Shown: positions 53,245-64,000 of the stretch, in pieces
How the letters are laid out: the number at the start of each line of letters is the position of its first letter
How positions within the stretch are numbered: the stretch's first letter is position 1
Program-made: the position numbers and the translations under genes
Assembly: GCA_964016885.1 (NCBI GenBank)
Contig: OZ024742.1
Coordinates: forward strand, 275,838,001 to 275,902,000
Reading direction: 5' to 3'
Origin: Eledone cirrhosa
Lineage: Eukaryota
Length of the DNA: 64,000 bases
Notes under the pieces: model-generated
What the model saw: the letters and a program-made list of their open reading frames with translations, nothing else
The model's database searches: none
What the model was told of the DNA's origin: nothing

Positions 53245-53536
53245 ATAGGATGAAAAAATTTCACATCACATCAGACCACATCAAATCACTCCGCACGCCA
53301 TCACATCACACCACACTCCATCTCACCACATCACATCACACCACACCACATCAGACCACATCACATTTCATCACGCCTCGCCACATCACATCACATGCCA
53401 TCACACCACATGCTACCACTATACATCCCACCACACTCCACTACACCATATCCCCCACCCTACATTGAACCACACTCCACTCCACCACACTCCACTACAC
53501 TACACCAGTTACAGTAAGAGAAAGAAAGTTATTTCA

Positions 53537-54890
53537 AAGGATCTGAGTAAGTAAACACTTCATTAACCATCATTTTAAGCAGAATCTCAGTGTAGTTTTA
53601 AATTGACCTTTTCATATGATTACACCTCAGTCTTAACTTATTACCTGTAGATGGATGCTACATGTAACGTTAAAATTAGTTAAACACTGTTTCCACCTTC
53701 TCATCACATGTGGATGCTACATGTGTATTGTTAACATTAATCTAACGTTGTGTCGCCCCCCCCCCACCTCAACATATCATACCACACCACATCGCACAAT
53801 ATTGTACCACACCAGACCACATATATATATATATATATATATGAGCTCCCCACTCGTTATATTAACTGTATCTCCTCGGTGTTTCGTGAAAGTCTGAGAG
53901 ATCAGCTATATAATTGTTTACAATTTTTTTTTATATTTAGATGGAAAAGAAGAAAAAGACGACGAAGCAGACAACTAAAATGAAAATGACAACAAAGACA
54001 AAGAAGACACGGGAAACGAAGATGACGAAAAGAAGAAGAAAGTATGATCTCAGTTCAGTCTAAACCTAATGATTTATAGATATGATCTTAGTTCAGTCTT
54101 AACCTAATGACCTGTAGATACAATCTATTTAGGTTTAACTTAAACATTCAAAGATATTTGTATATACTTTTGTTGATGTTTGACATTGTTTTTTAGTTAT
54201 GAAATAGCTTATAAGCTACATTATAGGATCACAGTGCATGAGCACACTGCTCTTTAAATTAACTTTATCTCCTCAGCACTTTGTAAAGTCTGAGAGATAG
54301 GCAACATATATGTTTTACATTCTTTGTTTTTGGTATTTAGATGGCAGAGGAGAAGTCAAAGGCACAGAAGAAGACAAAGAAAATGAACAATTATTATTAC
54401 TATTACTATTATTATTGTTATTATTATTTGTATTATTATAATCAAACTAAGCCACACTACATCAACCTATACCATACCACACCACACTGACAAACATGAA
54501 ACCATACCACATTATCCAACACCACACTACGAAACACTGTACAACCTCACATCAGACGATGCTATGAAACAATATACCATACTACACTATACAACAATAG
54601 ACAACACCACACAAGACTATGAAACACTATACTTTACCACACTATATCACACCACTCAAGTTAGAGAGGATCAACTTTTTTCCTGGAAAGTAGAAAACCT
54701 AACTTTAAGCTAAAACCGAACTTTAAAAATAACACTTACCCTAACACTTGCACTCACACATGCTCTAACTCTTGCACTCACACATGCTCTAACTCTTGCA
54801 CTCACACATGCTCTAACAGTGAAATTAGCGCTAACATGAAAACTAACACAAACACAAAATCTGAAAACTAACACAAACACTAACCTGAAC
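53537..54890 (+). repeat. Segmental duplication, copy 1 (copy 2 from 62546 to the window end)
   Basis: Near identity starting at aaggatctgagtaagtaaacac; offset ~9.0 kb. Confidence 0.95.
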
Positions 54891-57800
54891 ACTAACACTA
54901 AAACTGACACTAACACTAACCTGAACACCAGCACTAAAACTGTCACTACCATAAACACTAACACTGACCTGAGCACTAACACTAAAAGTAACAGTAACAC
55001 AAACACTAATCTGAAAACTGATACTAAACAGAAAACTAAGCTAACATTAACTTCAACACTAAAACAAACACTAACACTAACAAAGATACTAACACAAATA
55101 TTAACACAAAAACAAACACTAACATGATCTCTAACACTAACCTCAACACTAACACTAAAACTAACATTAACTTGAACACAATCTCTAACCTGAAAACTAA
55201 GCTAACATTAACCTGAACACTAACATAAACACTAATGCTAACACTAACAGAAATACTAATGCTAACATTAACACAAAAACAAAAACTAACGCTAACACAA
55301 TCACTAACACTAATGGAAACATCAATCACTAATGCTAACAGAGATACTAACACAAATATTAACACAAAAACAAACACTAACACAATCTCTAACACTAACC
55401 TTAACACTAAAACTAACATTAACACTCACACTAACCTGAACACTTACACTAAAACTAACATTAACCTAAACACTAGCACTAAATCTAACACTACCATAAA
55501 CACTAACACTGACCTGAGCACTAACACTAAAAGTAACACTAACACAAACACTAATTTGAAAACTGATACTAACCAGAAAACTAAGCAAACATTAACTTCA
55601 ACACTAAAACAAACACTAACGCTAACAGAGATACTAACACAAATATTAACACAAAAACAAACACTAACCTCAACACTAACACTAAAACTAACATTAACTT
55701 GAACACTAACTCTAACCTGAAAACTAAGCTAACATTAACCTGAACAATAATGCTAACACTTACAGAAATACTAATGCTAACATTAACGCTAGCCTTAACA
55801 CAAAAACAATGACTAACGCTAACACAATCACTAACACTAATGGAAACATCAAACACTAATGCTAACAGAGATACTAACACAAATATTAACACAAAAACAA
55901 ATACTAACACTAACACAATCTCTAACACTAACCTTAACACTAAAACTAACACTAACATTAACTTGAACACTAACACTAACCTGAACACTTACACTAAAAC
56001 TAACACTAACAGAGATACTAACACAAATATTAACACAAAAACAAACACTAACCTCAACACTAACACTAAAACTAACATTAACTTGAACACTAACTCTAAC
56101 CTGAAAACTAAGCTAACATTAACCTGAACACTAACACAAACACTCATGCTAACACTAACAGAAATACTAATGCTAACATTAACACAAAAACAAAGACTAA
56201 CGCTAAGACAATCACTAACACTAATGGAAACATCAATCACTAATGCTAACAGAGATACTAACACAAATATTAACACAAAAACAAACACTAACACAATCTC
56301 TAACACTAACATTAACACTCACACTAACCTGAACACTTACACTAAAACTAACATTAACCTAAACACTAGCACTAAATCTAACACTACCATAAACACTAAC
56401 ACTGACCTGAGCACTAACACTAAAAGTAACACTAACACAAACACTAATCTGAAAACTGATACTAACCAGAAAACTAAGCTAACATTAACTTCAACACTAA
56501 AACAAAAACTAACGCTAACAGAAATACTAAAACAAATATTAACACAAAAACAAACACTAACCTCAACACTAACACTAAAATTAACATTAACTTGAACACT
56601 AACTCTAACCTGAAAACTAAGCTAACATTAACCTGAACACTAACACAAACACTCATGCTAACACTTACAGAAATACTAATGCTAACATTAACACAAAAAC
56701 AAAGACTAACGCTAACACAATCACTAACACTAATGGAAACATCAATCACTAATGCTAACAGAGATACTGACACAAATATTAACACAAAAACAAACACTAA
56801 CACAATCTCTAACACTAACCTTAACACTAAAACTAACATTAACACTAACATAACTTGAACACTAACACTAACCTGAACACTAACACTAAAACTGACACTA
56901 ACCTGAACACCAGCACTAAAACTAACACTACCATAAACACTAATACAAACACTAACACTAACATGAACACTTACACTAAAACTAACACTACCATAAACAC
57001 TAACACTGACCTGAACACTAACACTAAAAGTAACACTAACACAAACACTAATCTGAAAACTGATACTAACCAGAAAACTAAGCTAACATTAACTTCAACA
57101 CTAAAACAAACACTAACGCTAACAGAGATACTAACACAAATATTAACACAAAAACAAACACTAACACAATCTCTAACACTAAAACTAACATTAACTTGAA
57201 CACTAACTCTAACCTGAAAACTAAGCTAACATTAACCTGAACACTAACATAAACACTAATGCTAACACTAACAGAAATACTAATGCTAACATTAACGTTA
57301 ACCTTAACACAAAAACAAAGACTAACGCTAACACAATCACTAACACTAATGGAAACATCAAACACTAATGCTAACAGAGATACTAACACAAATATTAACA
57401 CAAAAACAAATACTAACACAACACAATCTCTAATGACTACTCTTAACACTAAAACTAACACTAGCATTAACTTGAACACTAACACTAACCTTAACACTTA
57501 CACTAAAACTAACACTAACACTAACCTGAACACTAACAGAGATACTAACACAAATATTAACAGAAAAACAAACACTAACACAATCTCTAACACTAAAACT
57601 AACATTAACTTGAACACTAACACTAACATGAAAACTAAGCTAACATTAACCTGAACACTAACACAAACACTCATGCTAACACTAACAGAAATACCAATGC
57701 TAACATTAACACAAAAACAAAGACTAACGCTAACACAATCACTAACACTAATGGAAACATCAATCACTAATGCTAACCGAGATACTAACACAAATATTAA

Positions 57801-60010
57801 CACAAAAACAAACACTAACACAATCTCTAACACTAACCTTAACACTAAAACTAACATTAACACTAACATAACTTGAACACTAACACTAATCTGAACACTT
57901 ACACTAAAACTAACATTAACCTAAACACTAGCACTAAAACTAACACTACCATAAACAGTAACACAAACACTAACACTGATCTGAGCACTAACAGTAACAC
58001 TAACACTACCATAAAAACTAACACTAAAAAAAACACTAACATTAACCTGAACACTAACACTAAAACTAACACGAAAACTGATACTAACCAGAAAACTATG
58101 CTAACATTAACCTCAACACTAAAACAAACACTAACATTAACACAAAAACAAAGACTAGCACTAACACTAATGGAAACACTAACACAAACATTAACACAAA
58201 ATAAAACACTAACACTAATGGAAAAAATAACACTAACACTACCGTAAACACTAACACTAACCTGAACACTAACACTAAAACTGACATTAACATGAACATT
58301 AACCTGAACACTAACACTACCACTAAAACTAACACTACCATAAACCACTAACCTGAGCACTAACACTAAAAGTAACACGAGCCCTAACCTGAAAACTAAC
58401 ACTAACCAGAAAACTAAGTCAACATTAACCTGAACACTAACCAGAAAACTAAGTCAACATTAACCTGAACACTAACCAGAAAACTAAGTCAACATTAACC
58501 TGAACACTAACACAAACACTAACACTAACAAAAATGCTAACACTAATACAAAATCAAACACTAACACGAACACTAATGGAAACACTAACACCAACGCTGA
58601 CACTGACGAAGATGGCTATGCTGGCACAAACGCTAGTGCAAATGTTGACACAATCGCTTACGCTGACACAAACACTAACGTGAATACTGATGCAGGTGCA
58701 AAGGCGAATGCTGACAAAGACTCTGACGCACACGCTGATGTAAATGCTACACAGACTCTAACGCTGACGTGGACACTGACACAAATGCTCACGCTGATGC
58801 AAACACTAAAGCAAATGCAGACACTAATGTAAACACAGACGCAAATGCAGATGTTAAAGCAAACGCAAATGCTGACGCAAACGATGACAGCGATGCTAAT
58901 GTGAACCTTAACGCAGACGTAAACATTGTCGTAGAAGCTAAAGGAAACACTGATGCAAACACTAATGAAAATGCTGACACAGACGATAACACACGTTAAC
59001 ACAGATGCTAACGTAAACACTGACGCAGATGCCAATATAAACACTGACGCAGACGCTAACATAAACGCTGACACAGATGCTAACACACGTTGACACAGAC
59101 GCTAACGTAAACGATGACGCAGATGCTAATGTAAACGATGACGTAGAAGCTAACATAAACGCTGACACAGATACAAATGTAAACGCTGATGCTGATGTAG
59201 ATGTAAATACAGACGCTGACGTAGAAGCTAACACAAACGCTGACACAGACACTAATGTAAGCGCTGACACAGACACTAATGTAGATGCTGATGTAGAAGC
59301 TAACGTAAATGATGACGTAGATATTAACGTAGACGCTGACGTAGAAGCTAACGTAGATGCTGACGTAGAAGCTAACGGAAACACTGACAAAGACGTTAAA
59401 GGAAACGCTGTCGCAAACGCTGATGCTAATGTGAATGCTGATGCAGATGCTGACGCAAATGCTAACACCTACACAAATGCAAACGCTGATGCTAACACTG
59501 ACTCAAACACTAATGCAAATGCTGACGTGCACGCTGATGCAAACGCTGACACTGGGAGAAATGCTGACACTGACACAAGTGCTGACGCAGACGCTAATAA
59601 TAATGCTGACTCAGAAGCTGACGTAGACACAGGCACTGAAACAAACACTAATGCTAACACTAATGTTGACTCAGACGCTAAGGGAAATGCTGACACAATC
59701 ACTATCACCAATGCAGACGCTGACGCAAATGCTGACATAGATGCTGACACTTATGCAAACACTAAGGCTAATCCAAACACTAACGCAGATGCTAACACCA
59801 GTCTACATAGACACTAACACAAAAGCTTACATAGACGCTTATGCAAATGCTAACGCTGATGCAGACAGTAACGCAAACAGTAACTGTAAGAGTAACAGTT
59901 ACAGTAACACTAACAGTGACAGTAATGCTAACAGTAACACAGTCACTAACAATAAACTTGCCATTAACAGTAAAACTTACCCTAACACTAACCCTAAATC
60001 TAACATTAAT
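54700..60010 (+). repeat. Hexamer-derived satellite (AACACT)n with higher-order units, grading into (GACGCT)n-like repeats
   Basis: Direct reading; recurrent blocks such as ctaatggaaacatcaa and ctgaaaactaagctaacatt. Confidence 0.9.
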
Positions 60011-60099
60011 CCAGAGAAAAAAGTCATTTGCAGTCACTCTTTAAGATATAGAAGATAGGCATTACATTTTAATGATTTTAATTTAAAGAGAATCACGCT

Positions 60100-62545
60100 A
60101 TACGATGCAACACAATAACACACCACACCACACTAACCTACACTACACCAAACCAGATTATACCATACCTTGGTAAATTTATGATAGGTTTCCATGTTAT
60201 AACTACACCAAACAAAACCATACCAAACTACACCAAACCAAACCACACCATAACAAACTACACCATACTACATCACACCATGCTATTGAACTCAGTGTGA
60301 AAAATTTTCTTGCTGCTTTTTTTGTCTTTTTTTGTGTGTGTGCTTACCACCCAATCTGACATTAAAAGTGTTCGCAATTAACTATTTTTAGCACATATTA
60401 TCAATGAAGACTTTGAAACCTGTTGAAAATGACTTGCTTTGTAGAAAAAAAGAGGGCGGAAAGTGGGTGGAAATACCATTCACAAAGCTTGTCATTTTTG
60501 ATTGCAGTGAAAGTCATATTTGTTGTTAATATGGTAATGGAGGTACATGGCTTAGTGGTTAGAGCATTGGCCTTGCAATCGAAAGGTTGTGAGTTCAATT
60601 CTCAGACCAGGTGGTGTGTTGTTTTCTTGAGCAAGACACTTTATTTCACATTGCTCCAGTTTACTCAGCTGTAGAAATGAGATGATAGGGACTGGTGTCC
60701 CTATCATTCCACTGCAAAGTGGTCGTGTAGGTGCTACGGCAAAAACCACCCAGCACTCATTGTAAATGAGGTTGGTGTTAGGAAGGGCATCCAGCTGTAG
60801 AAATCAAGCCAGAATCAGTTCCCGTCCCACCTTTGCAAGCAAGGAAAAGTGGACGTAAAATGATGATGATGGTAAAAGCATAGTCGGCTGTGAGCATGTT
60901 GGAGGTTGGAAAACCATACCACATTAAACTACATCAAACTACACCATACTAAACTACACCATACTACATCACACTATGCTATTAATCTTAGTGAGAACAT
61001 TTTTCTTCCTATTTTTTTTTTTTCTGTGTGTGTGTGTGCTTACCACCCAATCTGATATCAAAGGTGCTCACAAATGACTATTTTTTTACACATTATCAAT
61101 GTATATAACATGGAAACTTATCATTTGCAATAGGTTCCCATGTCATAACTACAACAATCCAAACCACACCATAACAAACTACACCATTCTACATCACACC
61201 ATGCTTTTGATCTCAGTGTGAAAAATGTTCTTCCTGTTTCTTTTTTTTGTGTGTGTGTGTTCTTACCACCCAATCTGACATCAAAGGTGCTGCAATTGAC
61301 TATATTTCGCACATATTATCAATAATTATGACATGGAAAACTGTCGAAAATGACTAGCTTTGTAGAAAAAAGAGGGAGGATGTGGGTGGAAATACCATTT
61401 ACAAAGCTAGTCATTTTTTATTGCAGCGGAAGTCATATTTTTTGTTAATATGCTAAAAGCATAGTCTACTGCGAGCTTCTTGGAAGTTGATAACACATAC
61501 AAACATGAAGGAAAAAATTTTTTATAACATAAATCAAAGTGGAAATTTAAATCCTCACTTATAATAAAGCACACCACAGCACATTAATCTACCTCAATCC
61601 ACACCATATACTTCACCATAACCATACTTCACTATTTAGTAAATTTATTACAGAACACCTACTCCTACCATTTACATCACATGGACATTAATGTGACAAA
61701 TTTGCTACCTGCTTTTTTTTTTTTGTGGTTACCACCTCAAACTAACATCAAAGGTGCTTGCAAATGACTATTTTCCCACACATTATCAATGAATATGACA
61801 TGGGAATCTATCGTTTACAATTGGTTTGCATTTCATAACTTCACCAAACCAAACCACACCATCACCATACTACATCAGACCAAGCTATTGATCTTGGTGT
61901 GAATGAATTTTTTTTTTTGTATGTGTGCTTACCACCCAATCTGACATTAAAGGTGCTCCCAATTGACTATTTTTTTTCCACTTATCAATAATTATGACAT
62001 GGAAACCTGTCGAAAATGACTATCTTTGTAGAAACTTCACCACACCACACCATACTACATCACACCAAGATATTGATTTTGGTGTGACAAATTTTCATCT
62101 GGCATTTTTTTTTTTGTTTTTTTTTTGTGCTTACCACCCAATTTGACATAAAAGGTGCTCGCAAATTACTATTTTATGCACATATTATCAATGGTTATGA
62201 CATGAAAACCTGATGAAAATGACTAGCTTTGTAGAAAAAAGAGGGAGGATGTGGGTGGAAATACCATTTACAAAGCTAGCCATTTTTTATTGCAGCGGAA
62301 GTCATATTTTTTGTTAATATGCTAAAAGCATAGTCCACTGAGAGCTTCTTGGAAGTTGATAGCATATGCAACAATGAATGAAAAATTTTTTTTATAACAT
62401 AAATCAAAGTGGAAATTTAAATCCTCACTTATAACAAAGCACACCACAGCACATTAATCTAACCCAATCCACAGCATATACTTCGCCATAACCATACTTC
62501 ACTATATGGTAAATTTATTACAGAACACCTACTCCTACCATTTAC
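60100..62545 (+). repeat. Complex tandem modules: (CACCA)-rich blocks and a motif repeated ~6 times, with ~870 bp-spaced duplicates
   Basis: cttaccacccaatctgacat..aaggtgct at ~60343, 61039, 61262, 61729, 61928, 62130; 61340-61670 resembles 62215-62545. Confidence 0.8.
60539..60871 (+). mobile_element. Full-length tRNA-derived SINE with RTE-derived tail
   Basis: A box TGGCTTAGTGG, B box GAGTTCAATTC, cttgagcaagacacttt central motif, aggaagggcatccagctgtagaaa...ggacgtaaaatgatgatgat tail. Confidence 0.9.
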
Positions 62546-64000
62546 AAGGATCTGAGTAAGTAAACACTTCATTGACCATCATTTTAAGCCGAATCTCAGT
62601 GTAGTTTTAAATTGACCTTTTCATATGATTACACCTCAGTCTTAACTTAATCACCTGTAGATGGATGCTACATGTAATGTTAAAATTAGTTAAACACTGT
62701 TTCCCCCTTCTCATCACATGTGGATGCTACATGTGTATTGTTAACATTAATCTAACGTTGTGTCCCCCCCCCCCCCCCACCTCAACATATCATACCACAC
62801 CACATCGCACAATATTGTACCACACCAGACCACACATATATATATATATATATATGAGCTCCCCACTCGTTATATTAACTGTATCTCCTCGGTGTTTCGT
62901 GAAAGTCTGAGTGATCAGCTATATAATTGTTTACAATTTTTTTTTATATTTAGATGGAAAAGAAGAAAAAGACGACGAAGCAGACAACTAAAATGAAAAT
63001 GACAACAAAGACAAAGAAGACACGGGAAACGAAGATGACGAAAAGAAGAAGAAAGTATGATCTCAGTTCAGTCTAAACCTAATGATTTATAGATATGATC
63101 TTAGTTCAGTCTTAACCTAATGACCTGTAGATACAATCTATTTAGGTTTAACTTAAACATTCAAAGATATTTGTATATACTTTTGTTGATGTTTGACATT
63201 GTTTTTTAGTTATGAAATAGCTTATAAGCTACATTATAGGATCACAGTGCATGAGCACACTGCTCTTTAAATTAATTTTATCTCCTCAGCACTTTGTAAA
63301 GTCTGAGAGATAGGCAACATATATGTTTTACATTCTTTGTTTCTGGTATTTAGATGGCAGAGGAGAAGATAAAGGCACAGAAGAAGTCAAAGGCACAGAA
63401 GAAGTCAAAGGCACAGAAGCAGTCAAAGGCACAGAAGCAGTCAAAGGCACAGAAGAAGACAAAGGCACAGAAGAAGACAAAGAAAATGAACAAGAAGAAC
63501 AATTATTATTACTATTGTTATTGTTATTATTATTTGTATTATTATAATCAAACTAAGCCACACTACATCAACCTATACCATACCACACCACACTGACGGA
63601 CATTATACCATACCTCATTATCCAACACCACACTACGAAACACTGTACGACCTCACATCAGCCCATGCTATGAAACAATATACCATACTACACTATACAA
63701 CAATAGACAACACCACACAAGACTATGAAACACTATACTTTACCACACTATATCACACCACTCAAGTTAGAGAGGATCAACTTTTTTCCTGGAAAGTAGA
63801 AAACCTAACTTTAAGCTAAAACCGAACTTTAAAAATAACACTTACCCTAACACTTGCACTCACACATGCTCTAACACTTGCACTCACACATGCTCTAACA
63901 GTGAACTTAGCGCTAACATGAAAACTAACACAAACACAAAATCTGAAAACTAACATTAAATAGAAAACTAACACAAACACTAACCTGAACACTAACACTA
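62546..64000 (+). repeat. Segmental duplication, copy 2, running off the window
   Basis: Matches 53537 onward; an 18-bp unit is expanded at 63365-63480. Confidence 0.95.

Noticed and set aside
54710-58402. LT/TN/LV-repeat ORFs
   Set aside because: Hexamer satellite translations with frequent stops and phase shifts
60548-60610. tRNA gene
   Set aside because: A and B boxes are present but it runs into SINE body and LINE tail; it is a SINE head

Overview
Repeat-dominated, AT-rich eukaryotic DNA. The tandem C2H2 zinc-finger gene style, RTE/SINE families and huge (TA)n/(TACA)n tracts point to a coleoid cephalopod such as Octopus; this is an inference. The only host gene is a ~30-finger C2H2 zinc-finger gene on the minus strand (~16472-19286) with two frameshifts. 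Non-LTR retroelements include a Tx1/L1 3' half, CRE-like and CR1 remnants, many RTE copies (a near-full-length copy facing a 5'-truncated sister, both with a PHD-type finger inside the RT) and three Penelope-like elements (PLEs). DNA transposons include Chapaev3, piggyBac, hAT, Tc1 and a Helitron; there are also tRNA-derived SINEs, a non-coding LTR-like insert, and a telomere-like satellite block with a ~9 kb-spaced duplication. The most notable signal is seven type-I hammerhead ribozyme motifs found by eye. Two lie at the 3' ends of PLEs; most others lie in short non-coding fold-back elements beside (TA)n tracts, including a ~320 bp perfect hairpin with a hammerhead on each strand. Coordinates were read by eye and most boundaries are approximate.
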